A stretch of 64,000 nt of DNA from Thermoplasmata archaeon. Its GTDB lineage: Archaea > Thermoplasmatota > Thermoplasmata > Halarchaeoplasmatales > Halarchaeoplasmataceae. Position 1 is the first letter of the stretch. Each line of letters opens with the position of its first letter. Both the position numbers and the translations under genes were made by a program. Of this stretch, positions 46,227-61,449 are shown one piece after another. The stretch covers positions 2,540 through 66,539 of the forward strand of contig PWKY01000070.1 of assembly GCA_003560595.1 (NCBI GenBank). The letters run 5' to 3'. Below the pieces are notes generated by a model. That model saw nothing but the letters and a program-made list of their open reading frames with translations. It searched no databases and was not told the origin of the DNA.

Positions 46227-46414
46227 CTCGTTCGGACTTTACGTCTTCACAATTCATCGGCTTATATAAGGGAACACATGTTTCCCTTTTACGAAGCATT
46301 CACTCAACAAAGGGTGACATATAAAAACCTTTCTTATCCTCGCTTCCCATCTACTAGGCATATTAAGGATGGAAAAATGTATATATATGTCTAATATGCA
46401 CGCCCTGGAAACGG

Positions 46415-49400
46415 ATGATACGAAATGATATGCAATTTGACGGCACCAGTTCATTCGCCATGTTAGGAGTGTTATTGATCCTGCTATCCATAATAGCGAC
46501 CGCACATATATCTCACTTGGAGAGGTTGAACTACGAGGAAAGACTTAGAAACGATCTGCTAGTCAAAATGGATAATAAGGGTGAAGAGTATCTGGATTCC
46601 ATAGAATCTAAGCTTGAATTTTTAGGTGTTCAATGTGTTTTTGAGGGAAAGATAAAGGATTCCGGAGCTTTATTTGAAGAGCTTTCAAGCGCATATCTAG
46701 AGGAGAAAAAAGAAGAGTACCAACGAGATGGAGAACTGGTCATCCATCTGATCGAATACCATGTAACCCTAGGAGAACATATAGCAGAGGTGGAAGACAC
46801 ATTACCCACCGATCCGGGAAACTTGAAAAATGATGGCCCTGGAGAAGATACGATAAGTAACAGAAGTTTCAGCTACAAGATAAGAGGTACCTTACAGGTT
46901 GAAGTCAAAGAGACTAGAAGTGGAACTGTTGTGAATAAAGAACGTGAAATGGATACTGTTGTAGATATACCATACCCTTTCATCAAGGATAAGATAACAT
47001 CATTTCAAACCGCTTCTCAGGGATCCATGGGACATGTAGGAAGGATGGTGGAATATATGCTGTCAACGTTGGCACAATATAGAACATTGATGGGGTACAA
47101 AGATACAGAAGAGATACTGAACGGGGAGGATGTAGAGCTCGCGGTAAACCTAGCACTTATACTCGAGATGGCTTACCAGTTCAGATATCACGATAGAGGG
47201 GCGGTGAGGGCACTTTCTGAGAACGTGACCAGAGAACAAATAGAACTCTATGGTCTTTTAGAAAATTACTCGAAGAGCGGCAGGGTAGATCCTGGAGACA
47301 TAATATCGATATATCACGGATATGCTTACGATGAACAAGTGCTTTCTAGAGAGGAGGCCACCGCACTGAATATCTCCGCAGTGATCTCCCAAGCTTTGTA
47401 CTCCTTGGTTGATCAATTTATTTTTAACTACCTCGATTATTTCGGTATGATAGACATCATGGACAGCGTTTTTAGAGCCTACGGGAAGTTGACCGATATA
47501 GTTGGAGATGTTTCGGACGGTGTTGAAAACGTTTTTAGTAGTCTTTGGTCAAGCGACGAAGATGATGAAATAAATGCAGAGCATGTAGCGTTAGTAAAAA
47601 ATTGGATTGAAGAAACATTTCTGTCTGCAGGTATTATGAATACCCATGTTTCTAAGGCGATATATCATCCCTACGATACAATCGAAGGTGATAGGGTTGT
47701 AGGTTATCCGAGACTCCCTGACGATTTCAATTTTGAATTCACATTAGAAACCTCAGTGAAATTAACAGGAGATGAGCACAGGTGGTACCAGTATGAATGT
47801 GGCCATGGGGATCCGCATAGGGGAAGGAAGGGGCACGTATGCGACAGGAAGATAGAGGTGAACGGAACATCGGGAGGATCTGTGCGCTGCGCTGCAGAAG
47901 AGGTCCTAGTAGGATATGATCACAGTCAGTATTCCATAGAAGTAGAAGTGGGTTCGGGACAATTTTTTTTCGATGAAAGGGATATACTAGACTCTGACGA
48001 TCAGATCTGGCAAGATTTTTTTGATGAGCATTATGAAAAAGAGGGGGACAACACAGTAGACTCTATTAGAGACGCTGTTAAAGAATTTATAGAAAGGATA
48101 GTAGACACGATTATGGATCATCCCGAAATAAACAGTAGATTAGAAGAACTATCAAAGATCAACATAGATGTAGAAGATGATAGGTCCTTGTTCCTTGATA
48201 TAAGAGATGCAGTAAACGAAGCCGTGGATGTCACATTTGATCATTTTAGAAATAATCCAGAAGTTATTGAGGACATAGTCCGCGATTTCCTACATGATGG
48301 AGATGAACAGGGTGATCTCGAAGCTTTGAAGGATCTTCTTAGGGATAATTACCAGGAGTTCACCGGTGGTGATACATTCATAGACGAAGCGGTGTATAGA
48401 ACTGCAAATGAGCTGTTGAGTCCTGAAAGTCCGCACCTAGAGTTCCAAGTGGTCGATAAGAACATCAGTATGAGGGAGATCAACACGGACGCAGATCTGT
48501 CATGGGATACGGATAGGTCTTTTCCTCGTTCAAAGGTATCGAGGTTGATAGAAGATACACAAGATTACGATGATTTTATAGCGGTTTTGGAAGCTGAGGT
48601 AGATAAAGCATACCTGGAACTCAAAGAAAGAGAAGTTGGCGAGGAAAACGGGCTGATCGTACAGGCCTTAGACCACTATCAATACTATGATGGTAGTGAT
48701 GATAGCGTTAGATCGGCAGAGATACAAGGATCGAATTCACAGGGGATCGAATCGATCCATCCGGACCCTGCAACACAAGGGGTGGATACCGTTCACTTTA
48801 ATTCCTCCATAGGCCAAGGGGCATTACGAGTGATGTGGATATCAGATATCGATGGAAGACTTTCCCAGGAACCACATTTTAATTTGTCCGCCCGATACAT
48901 GTCTCCCGGTACCCACAATATCAATCTTAAATGGGCCGACGAAGACGGAAATACTTCGGAGGATTTTGAAGAATTACGGATAAACATACCTCCTGAAGCG
49001 ATGATAGATGAAGTAGGGCCCTGGTATGAAAAGGCTACGATCACTTTTACACATTCGAGTTACGATCCAGAGGGAAAGCTAGACTATGTAGAGTGGGATC
49101 TTGGAGACGGCAACATTTCAACGGATGATGAGGTCGAACACATCTATAAGGATCCAGGATTATATAATGTAACTTTGACCGTTTATGACGATGTTGGAGC
49201 CAACGACACAGATGAGATGAATATATTGATCGATGATAGACCGAAGGTGGTTTCCTCCAGTCCAGAGGTGGAGAGGCCGTTAAAAACAGACGTTGAGTTC
49301 AAATTTGATTTCTCAGAAAGTGTCGACCCTAATTCTCTGATATATTCTATCGAACCCTATGCAGAGATGGAGGAAATGTGGTTTGATAATAACTCAAGGG

Positions 49401-52213
49401 TGATATTAAAGGCGGAACAATACTTCCAACGGTCAGCAGATTATGAATTAACTATAGAAGATGTTTTAGATGTAGATAACGGCACTGCCTCGCCACTACT
49501 TGAAAAATATACCATCGAATTTGAAACTGTAGAATTTGCTGAACTTATAGGATGTTACCCGACTGGCGATGAGATACCAGTCAATAGAGACGTCATGTTG
49601 ATTTTTAATGAAAGCGTAGATATGGTAGGAGATGTAGATGATTTGATATCGGGAGATCATAACTGGAGCGCTGAATTCAGTAAAGAAAATTCGATCATAA
49701 CCCTTAGCCATGAACCCTTTCCATCCGCTACGTTGATGGAGTTAAAACTGGATCTTAGTGTACTTAGAGCATCCTTTGATCAAAGTGAGATCATAAGTAA
49801 GAGAGAGACCACCATCTCTTTTGAAACTACGGATAACGCACAGCCTTTATTGATTTCCTCGACCCCGTCTGCTGATGCCACAGATGTTCCAGTCGATGAA
49901 CCACTGATATTGGAATTCGATAGGCCATTGAACACGTCGTCTTTTAATTACAGCGTAAGTCCCAGATTAGATGGTGTAGGGTTGGAATGGAGGGATAACA
50001 ACAGGACAGTGATCATAGAACACGACGGATTGGCAGGAGACATACTATACATCGTTAAAGTATCCGGAGAGGATATGAAAGGAACTCCTTTTACTGCTAC
50101 TAACCATGATATTAGTGTTTCACAACCGTTCGTTTTCCGAACGGAAGATATAGTAAGACCGAGCGTAATGCATTTCAGTCCACAAAGGGATACAGAAAGG
50201 TTCCTTAGTGGAGCCCCTATCACATTAGTGTTCAATAAACCTATGAACACATCCTCTTTGATATTTGATATCACACCCATCGCAGGAGATTCAAGAGTAG
50301 AATGGAATGATATGGGTACTACAGCGTACATATACTTCAACGAGTACGAAGCAGGGGAATTTTATAGATTCACCCTTTCAGAAGCAAAAGATACAAAAAA
50401 CAACTCGATATCTGACGATATAGTTATACCGTTCCGGATAAGTTACAACGACGATGAGATAGAGGGGACACTATTTGAGAAAAAAATGTGGTCTATTGTG
50501 GGCGGTGGAATCGATCGGTTCGGTGGATCATTTTTAGACATATCAGAGCAGTTCGTCAAAGGCACCGTTTCTGATATGGTTATGAGCAGCGAATTCAGTG
50601 AGCTAGAATATAGGGTGCCTTTGAAAACAGAACAACCATTTACATACGATAATAAAGGGGAATTAAAGCTGAGGTCGGTGATCGACCCTTCGTTTATACC
50701 TCTGAAAGAGAAAGCGATAGTCGAACTCAAAGGAGGCACTCACTATACCGATATCACCAGTATCTCATCAAGGCCGTATGAGACCCATTGGATTGTGAAT
50801 GTACCTGAAACGAAGGTAGGGATCAACGTAAGCAGAGTCGGGAGACATCATTTGGTACAAGGTGAAAATCAAGAGATTTGGTTAAATGATTCCATAACAA
50901 TAGGGTTCAAGGTAAGGATAACCACCGCCTCGGGATGGGCTTTAGAGGGTGTTGAATATGATAGGTCAGATCATATATTCGACGCCGTTAGAAATTTTCT
51001 AAGCAATGTATGGAGGCACCTAAAAAGTGCCGTTGGTCACGTTATAAGTGGACTACAAAGGATACTTGAGCTTTTTGACTCTATCGTGGAACGTCTAAAA
51101 GAATACGGTCAAGAGATAATTCAGATACTGGCTGATTTGGTGCAAAAGATAGTGGTCGAATTACTTCAGCCGGCGGCACGACGTATGTTGGATCTTCTAA
51201 AAGATAGATTAGAAGAACTTGATACCATACTCTCAATCCTTGGGTTAGATATGCTTGTAGATATTGAACCGGAGGGTACGCTTACAAATATCCCCATGCA
51301 TGGAGAGAAGGTGATCAGGTTCCTTAACATCTCATTGGGCGGAGAGCTTTACGGAACGTCATACAATATAAATGTAAACATGCTCAGTGATACCGTGGTA
51401 GCCTTTGGTTCGATCTCGGTTAGAGATATGAGGTTTCAGTGGGCGGTCGATCCGTTTTTTGAAGGTGATATAGTTGATAGCACCTACGATGGATGGTTCC
51501 AGTGCATGGGCAGCTCCGTTGAGAGCTCTACAGAACTTGAAATCGTTGTTCCTGGGAAATCGGTTAGTAATGAAACTGAATCAGTATCGATGGGGGATCA
51601 CACCCCGATAGACGATGTTAGGATACCAATAGGTCCTGTAGTGGTATCGGATATAGATCTGGGTATGGAATTGACATATGAGGACGATAACATAACAGAT
51701 TTACTTAATGACCTTCTTTATACCGCCTTTAAAGACACTGTGGTTTTGCTGAGAAATACAGCCATGGGACTTGATTACATGGTTGAATTTGTTAGGACAC
51801 TGATACGTAATATTTTAGAAGGCTTCATATCCATGGGTAGAGAATTCATAAAGGAATTAGTGCTTTACTTTGAATGTACTTTAAACGAAGTAGAGTTAAG
51901 GTTGATATTTGGTATAAGGGATGGTGAATCTATAGCTGAGTTCATACTTTGGGTCGCAGAATCAATAAGAGAGATGATAGAAGGGGTGATCAAGATGCGG
52001 CCTACACTTCCTAGATCAGGACCACCTATGTCTGTGATAAAAGACACGTATTTGGGTGTTGAAGTCGGTCGGGATTCTTTTAATGGGTTTTTCTATGCTA
52101 ACGTACCTGCATTGAGTGCAGGATTGGGTAAAGATATGGGGAGATGGAACATAGAGTTCGGTATAGATGGGCCTGAAGCTTCTGTAGTGCAGGGAGAGTT
52201 AAGAGGAGGATGA
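46415..52213 (+). CDS. giant (1932 aa) surface protein with pilin-like class III signal candidate and PKD/bacterial-Ig-like domains
   Basis: N-terminus MIRNDMQFDG-TSSFAMLGVLLILLSIIATA parallels the pilin-like protein at 14349. PKD-like segment (GDGNISTDDEVEHIYKDPGLYNVTLTVYDDVGANDTD). Several SbsA-Ig-like segments (VVSSSPEVERPLKTDVEFKFDFSESVDPNS). Highly acidic. Confidence 0.6.
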   Translation: MIRNDMQFDGTSSFAMLGVLLILLSIIATAHISHLERLNYEERLRNDLLVKMDNKGEEYLDSIESKLEFLGVQCVFEGKIKDSGALFEELSSAYLEEKKEEYQRDGELVIHLIEYHVTLGEHIAEVEDTLPTDPGNLKNDGPGEDTISNRSFSYKIRGTLQVEVKETRSGTVVNKEREMDTVVDIPYPFIKDKITSFQTASQGSMGHVGRMVEYMLSTLAQYRTLMGYKDTEEILNGEDVELAVNLALILEMAYQFRYHDRGAVRALSENVTREQIELYGLLENYSKSGRVDPGDIISIYHGYAYDEQVLSREEATALNISAVISQALYSLVDQFIFNYLDYFGMIDIMDSVFRAYGKLTDIVGDVSDGVENVFSSLWSSDEDDEINAEHVALVKNWIEETFLSAGIMNTHVSKAIYHPYDTIEGDRVVGYPRLPDDFNFEFTLETSVKLTGDEHRWYQYECGHGDPHRGRKGHVCDRKIEVNGTSGGSVRCAAEEVLVGYDHSQYSIEVEVGSGQFFFDERDILDSDDQIWQDFFDEHYEKEGDNTVDSIRDAVKEFIERIVDTIMDHPEINSRLEELSKINIDVEDDRSLFLDIRDAVNEAVDVTFDHFRNNPEVIEDIVRDFLHDGDEQGDLEALKDLLRDNYQEFTGGDTFIDEAVYRTANELLSPESPHLEFQVVDKNISMREINTDADLSWDTDRSFPRSKVSRLIEDTQDYDDFIAVLEAEVDKAYLELKEREVGEENGLIVQALDHYQYYDGSDDSVRSAEIQGSNSQGIESIHPDPATQGVDTVHFNSSIGQGALRVMWISDIDGRLSQEPHFNLSARYMSPGTHNINLKWADEDGNTSEDFEELRINIPPEAMIDEVGPWYEKATITFTHSSYDPEGKLDYVEWDLGDGNISTDDEVEHIYKDPGLYNVTLTVYDDVGANDTDEMNILIDDRPKVVSSSPEVERPLKTDVEFKFDFSESVDPNSLIYSIEPYAEMEEMWFDNNSRVILKAEQYFQRSADYELTIEDVLDVDNGTASPLLEKYTIEFETVEFAELIGCYPTGDEIPVNRDVMLIFNESVDMVGDVDDLISGDHNWSAEFSKENSIITLSHEPFPSATLMELKLDLSVLRASFDQSEIISKRETTISFETTDNAQPLLISSTPSADATDVPVDEPLILEFDRPLNTSSFNYSVSPRLDGVGLEWRDNNRTVIIEHDGLAGDILYIVKVSGEDMKGTPFTATNHDISVSQPFVFRTEDIVRPSVMHFSPQRDTERFLSGAPITLVFNKPMNTSSLIFDITPIAGDSRVEWNDMGTTAYIYFNEYEAGEFYRFTLSEAKDTKNNSISDDIVIPFRISYNDDEIEGTLFEKKMWSIVGGGIDRFGGSFLDISEQFVKGTVSDMVMSSEFSELEYRVPLKTEQPFTYDNKGELKLRSVIDPSFIPLKEKAIVELKGGTHYTDITSISSRPYETHWIVNVPETKVGINVSRVGRHHLVQGENQEIWLNDSITIGFKVRITTASGWALEGVEYDRSDHIFDAVRNFLSNVWRHLKSAVGHVISGLQRILELFDSIVERLKEYGQEIIQILADLVQKIVVELLQPAARRMLDLLKDRLEELDTILSILGLDMLVDIEPEGTLTNIPMHGEKVIRFLNISLGGELYGTSYNINVNMLSDTVVAFGSISVRDMRFQWAVDPFFEGDIVDSTYDGWFQCMGSSVESSTELEIVVPGKSVSNETESVSMGDHTPIDDVRIPIGPVVVSDIDLGMELTYEDDNITDLLNDLLYTAFKDTVVLLRNTAMGLDYMVEFVRTLIRNILEGFISMGREFIKELVLYFECTLNEVELRLIFGIRDGESIAEFILWVAESIREMIEGVIKMRPTLPRSGPPMSVIKDTYLGVEVGRDSFNGFFYANVPALSAGLGKDMGRWNIEFGIDGPEASVVQGELRGG

Positions 52214-53005
52214 CTTCTCAAGTATTTCATGATCCACAAAAGTTCGTTCTCTCTCTTGCTTAAGTGACCTCCGAAGATAAAGCTCGGTTCCAGCAGGAAC
52301 CTCCAAGGCATCTAGTGGATCTGCGTTATGGTCACTGAGGTTCAATACCGGTGTGCCTATAGGTACAGGGGTACGGTTGGAATGATAAAGATGGTCAGTG
52401 CGGATAGAGAGAGGGTGATCAAATGAAACGTTATGGTGATACTCTACACTCTCATAGTTTCCGTCCCACTCTATAAAATCCTGCAGATCCCGGTAAAGTG
52501 AGCTAGAGATGGTGCGGGAAACACCATTGTCATCAGGATATAGGTAAACACGATTTGAGCCATCTATGGTCTTGGACTCAATTACAAAATCCTGACCCGA
52601 GGGGATCATTATGTTATTATCTGGAATAGGTAATGAAACATGACGTTTGTCCATCAGAAATGGATCGACCAAACTGAGTTCTCCTAAGAATCTACGGGTT
52701 ACAGATCTATCTGCAGTGGTTATCGTTAGTGTTCTAGTGGTAAAGTTCAGAGTGAAAGGATCGCCTTGAAAAGAGTCCTTGAGAACTAAGAATGAATTAT
52801 CCCTTGGTTCAAAGGTGATGTTAATGGAAAAATCCCCGGAAGTGGTAAATACACGGTTCACCGTTTCTGAAATAGTATCCGCGAATTTTTCTAACTCTAG
52901 TTCCGTGGTAGATGCATTTTGCCAACGATAAACTCCGACCACCGAGGAGGTTAAGATAACAGCTACGACTATCCAAGTCATCTTGGACATCAAATAATCT
53001 AACAT
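52199..53005 (-). CDS. hypothetical N-terminally membrane-anchored secreted protein
   Basis: 268 aa. N-terminal hydrophobic helix (MSKMTWIVVAVILTSSVVGV). N/T-rich ectodomain. No family recognised. Its 3' end overlaps the giant gene by 15 nt. Confidence 0.35.
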   Translation of the reverse strand: MLDYLMSKMTWIVVAVILTSSVVGVYRWQNASTTELELEKFADTISETVNRVFTTSGDFSINITFEPRDNSFLVLKDSFQGDPFTLNFTTRTLTITTADRSVTRRFLGELSLVDPFLMDKRHVSLPIPDNNIMIPSGQDFVIESKTIDGSNRVYLYPDDNGVSRTISSSLYRDLQDFIEWDGNYESVEYHHNVSFDHPLSIRTDHLYHSNRTPVPIGTPVLNLSDHNADPLDALEVPAGTELYLRRSLKQERERTFVDHEILEKSSSS

Positions 53006-53152
53006 CCTTTTTACCGCATACTCGATAGTAAATAAATTTTATCGACTAAATGACCGAAAGTATCATATTGAACATATAAGATATAGTGATAAGAGGTAGT
53101 CCGGGCAGTGACTCGATTCGATCCCAGATATATGTCGGTATGGGGGATAAGT

Positions 53153-53164
53153 TTATATAAAAGC
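53153..53164 (+). promoter_or_regulatory. candidate TATA box upstream of tRNA-Lys
   Basis: TTTATATAAAAG lies about 40 nt upstream of the tRNA 5' end. Confidence 0.35.
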
Positions 53165-53199
53165 GCCTTTTAGAGGCTAAAATACTTGCTTAACCAAAG

Positions 53200-53301
53200 G
53201 GGCCTGTAGCTTAGCCAGGTAGAGCATCTGGCTTTTAACCAGGTGGTCTGGGGTTCGAAATGAGTTGCCCAGTGCGATTCACGAAAATCCCCACAGGCCC
53301 A
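53200..53301 (+). tRNA. tRNA-Lys (anticodon UUU) carrying a ~27-nt non-canonical intron in the T-loop
   Basis: Acceptor stem GGGCCTG/CAGGCCC. D-arm GCTT-AGCCAGGTA-GAGC. Anticodon arm TCTGG-CTTTTAA-CCAGG. Variable loop TGGTC. T-stem TGGGG/CCCCA. Between the T-stem halves there are 34 nt (TTCGAAATGAGTTGCCCAGTGCGATTCACGAAAA) instead of a 7-nt T-loop. Removing ~27 nt leaves the loop TTCGAAA. Confidence 0.7.
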
Positions 53302-53389
53302 CCTGTACCGAAGAGGCCCGGGATTAAGTAAGGACGGTACTATGGAGAGTTTCAAACATGCATCTAAGAAAAATATATGGGGGCAAAAA

Positions 53390-53644
53390 ATGGGAAAGAT
53401 AAACGTAATGAAGCACGCCTTTGTACCTGAACACAGGCCTGTTTCAAAGGAAGATGAAGAAGAGATTTTAGAAGGTATGAACGTTCCTAAAGATAAGCTT
53501 CCAAAAATACTCAAATCCGACCCAGTTCTTCAACAACTCGAAGGGGTTCATGGTAAGATAGAAGAAGGTAGGATCATTAAAATAGTTCGAAATAGCAGCA
53601 CGGCAGGAGAGGCAAACGCCTATCGTCTGGTGGTAGATAGATAA
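53390..53644 (+). CDS. rpoH: DNA-directed RNA polymerase subunit H (Rpb5 homologue)
   Basis: HAFVPEHRPVSKEDEEEIL...KSDPVLQQL...GRIIKIVRNSSTAGEANAYRLVV matches RpoH. The start is at 53390 or 53408. Confidence 0.75.
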   Translation: MGKINVMKHAFVPEHRPVSKEDEEEILEGMNVPKDKLPKILKSDPVLQQLEGVHGKIEEGRIIKIVRNSSTAGEANAYRLVVDR

Positions 53645-53665
53645 ATTAACTTAAGGTGAAAAAAA

Positions 53666-56600
53666 ATGAGAGAATTAGTTGATGCTTTTTTCAAGGAAAT
53701 AAGTGTAGTGAGTCACCATGTCAATGGCTTTAATGAGTTTATAGCGACACCTGACAACAGGAACTGTCAGATGCAGAAGATCATCGATAGTATCAGCATA
53801 GGATACGGTGAAAACGGTTTAGGAAAAATAATCCTCGATCCCGAAAAAGTAGATGGGCAGGAGATAATGATAAAATTCGGTAGGGAAAGGATGGAAGATG
53901 ATAGGGTCGACCCTAACGCAGAAGCCACCATCAGATTGAATAAACCAGTAGTCAAAGAGGCCAGCGGCTCTCAACATAGACTCACACCCATGGAAGCAAG
54001 ATTAAGGGACGTTTATTATGAATCCGAGATCCAGTTAAAGGTCAGTATAATCAGAGATGGGATAGAAGAGGAACCCGAATGGATAACCATCGGAAAGATA
54101 CCGATAATGATAGGGTCTAAAATGTGTAATCTCCACCCGGATAACATCGATGATACATTGGAAGAGATTCTCAATATAGATCGAGAAAGCCAAGAGTTCA
54201 GAGATATGTCTTACGATGAGAAACTGATCAAATTGGGAGAGGACCCTAAGGACCCCATGGGATATTTCATCGTAGGTGGCACCGAGAGAAGCCTGATGGC
54301 AGTGGAAGATCTAGCTTCAAATAGGTTGATATGTGAGTTAAACAAAAAGTATGGAAGGCAGATCGAAGTAGTTAAGATATTTTCCAAGAGGCACGGTTAT
54401 CGAGCTCTAACAGTTATGGAAAAGAAAAAGGATGGGTTGATAACCGTATCAGTACCATCCGCTAGAGGTGATATACCTCTGATAATACTCATGAAAGCCT
54501 TGGGTATGGAAGAAGATGGGGACATATACGATACAATAGTGACCAAGCCGAATATGGCTAGTTATCTATTCGCCAATATAGAGATGGCACAGGATGAAGA
54601 AAATTATACCTCAGAGGGAGTATACACCCATGATGATGCCATGCATTTCCTGGAGCGTAAGTTCGCTACGGGACAGGCTGAAGAGTATCGTATAAGAAAG
54701 ATAGAATCTATACTAGATAGGTCATTGTTACCTCACTTAGGGGATACGGAAGAATCTAGAAAAAAGAAGGCACTTTACTTAGGTAGAATGGCACGTGGGA
54801 TCTTAGAGCTGGCCAACGGTGAACGAGAAGCCGACGATAAGGATCACTATGCTAACAAAAGGTTAAAGTTAGCAGGAGATCTGGTTGCCGATCTATTTAG
54901 AGTATCTATCGTTAATCTATTAAAAGACCTTAAATATCAGCTAGAAAGAAATTATGGTAAAAAAGGTGAAATCAGGCTCAGTTCATCTATCAGACCGGAT
55001 CTGCTCAGCAACAAACTAAAACACGCCATGGCTACAGGTAATTGGGTAGGTGGACGAACAGGCATTTCACAGCTACTAGATAGAACGAATAATATGAGTG
55101 CCATAAGTCACCTTAGAAGGGTTAAATCACCACTATCACGGAGCCAGCCCCATTTTGAAGCTAGAGAATTGCATCCGACCCAATGGGGTAGACTATGTCC
55201 GAACGAGACTCCTGAGGGACAAAATTGTGGACTAGTGAAAACTTCTACACCTATAATCGACGTTTCTAAAGGGACAGATACATTGGAGTTAAAATGGAAA
55301 CTTTATGATATCGGCCTTGAACAGATAGGTGGAAAAAGTAGCCTGAGCACAAAGGTATACCTAAACGGTGATCTTATCGGTCTTGTAAACGATGCTGAAG
55401 ATTTTGTGACGAAACTAAGAGAAGCGCGTAGGATCGGGGACATATCTTATCAAGTTAATGTTAGAAACGACGACAATATGGATGAGGTCATAATCAATTG
55501 TGATAGCGGAAGAGTGCGGAGACCTCTTCTTGTGGTAAAAGATGGAAAACTTCAGCTTAAAAATAAAGATTTAGATGAATTAGTTCAAGGTAAAAAGAGG
55601 ATAACCGATTTCTTCGGAGAAGGTATAGTCGAATGGATAGATTCGGAGGAAGAGGAAGATCTGTTTGTTGCCATGTATCCTTACGAAACCCCTGGAAGAT
55701 GTGAACACTGCGAGATGCCTCTTTCCACGACGGATGTGGATTGGGTAAACATGGGTGAGGTAGACGATCTAGCATTTCTAGAATGCCATCACTGCAGCGG
55801 TAAATTAAAAGTGCCTTATATACTAAAAGAAGAACATACTCATCTCGAAGTTGACCCCCTTTTAATCTTAGGCGCTTCAGCGGGATTGATCCCTTTTGCA
55901 CCCCATAATGCAGCACCACGATGTTCGATGGGGTCGAATATGATGAAACAGTCTTTAGGACTTCCATCTTCTAATTATCGGAATCGGCCGGATACAAGAG
56001 AGCATCTACTGCATTATCCACATATATCGCTACTTCAAACGAAGAGCATGGAGTTGGTCAACTACAACGACAGACCGGCAGGGCAAAACTTCACTGTCGC
56101 TGTGATGTCTTACCATGGATACAACATGGAAGACGCTCTAATATTCAGTAGGGCCGCTATAGATAGAGGTCTCGGAAGATCTTCCTTCTTTAGAACGTAT
56201 ACAACAGAAGAAAGAAGATACCCCGGTGGCCAGGAAGATCACTTTGAGATACCCGACCCCGACGTTAGAGGTGCAAGGAGTGATCAGTACTATCGCTATC
56301 TGGACGAAGACGGACTGATAAGCCCGGAGATGAAAGCCGATGGCGGAGACGTTCTTGTAGGTAAAACATCTCCACCAAGGTTCCTTGAAGAGGATACAGA
56401 TTTCATGGCACCCCAGAAAAGGCGTGAAACTTCGAAGATAGTGAGGCCAAGAGAGAAAGGATGGGTAGATTCTGTGATGCTAACCGAATCCGAAGACGGT
56501 AGTCGGTTGGTTAAAGTCAAAGTTAGGGATCAGCGTATCCCGGAATTAGGTGATAAATTCGCTTCAAGACACGGTCAGAAAGGAGTCATCGGTAAACTGC

Positions 56601-57285
56601 TGGAACCTGAAGACCTTCCTTTCACAGAAGAAGGTGTCGTACCGGATATAATCCTGAACCCACATGCTATCCCTTCTAGGATGACCATTGGACATGTACT
56701 TGAAATGTTGGGAGGAAAGGTAGCGTCGTTGGAAGGACGGTTCGTAGATGGTACCCCCTTCGGCGGTGAAAGAGAAGAAGTGATAAGAAATTCTCTGCTG
56801 AAAGCGGGTTTCAAACACGACGGAACTGAAGTCCTTTACGACGGTAGAAGCGGAAAGATGCTTCAAGCAGACATATTTGTTGGTGTGATCTACTATCAAA
56901 AATTGCATCACATGGTTTCTGGAAAACTTCACATGAGATCTAGAGGGCCTGTTCAGATATTGACTCGACAGCCCACTGAAGGGCGTTCGAGACAGGGAGG
57001 TCTTAGATTCGGTGAGATGGAAAGAGACTGTCTTATAGGGCATGGAGCGGCCATGGTGATCAAAGATAGATTGCTGGATCAGTCAGATGGGACTACTGAA
57101 TACATATGTGGAAATTCAGATTGTGGACACGTTGCCATACTTGATGCAAATGGAGAACTTCGTTGTCCGGTTTGTGGTGAAAAATCCGATGTTCACCAGA
57201 TACAAACTAGCTATGCTTTCAAACTGCTGATGGATGAACTTAGATCACTTGGTGTAACCATGAGACTTCAACTGGAGGACTTAAA

Positions 57286-57289
<4 letters not shown>
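53666..57289 (+). CDS. rpoB: DNA-directed RNA polymerase subunit B, unsplit (1207 aa)
   Basis: Rpb2-family motifs throughout. C-terminal zinc ribbon (CGNSDCGHVAILDANGELRCPVCG). A single ORF covers both the B'' and B' regions. Confidence 0.9.
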
Positions 57290-61379
<4,090 letters not shown>

Positions 61380-61449
61380 TGGTAAAACAGTTATATACAA
61401 GAAAGTATTGAACACTAGAAAATATCCTTATAAATAAGGAGGAAATGGC

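Noticed and set aside
49496-50739. Several 70-130-aa minus-strand ORFs inside 46415-52213, with similar ones inside 15591-21920
   Set aside because: They are antisense to long, domain-rich giant ORFs, have no motifs and show compositional bias. They are shadow ORFs.
53170-53514. 114-aa minus-strand ORF
   Set aside because: It overlaps the tRNA-Lys gene and the rpoH start. The protein is low-complexity and is an artefact of the structured RNA region.
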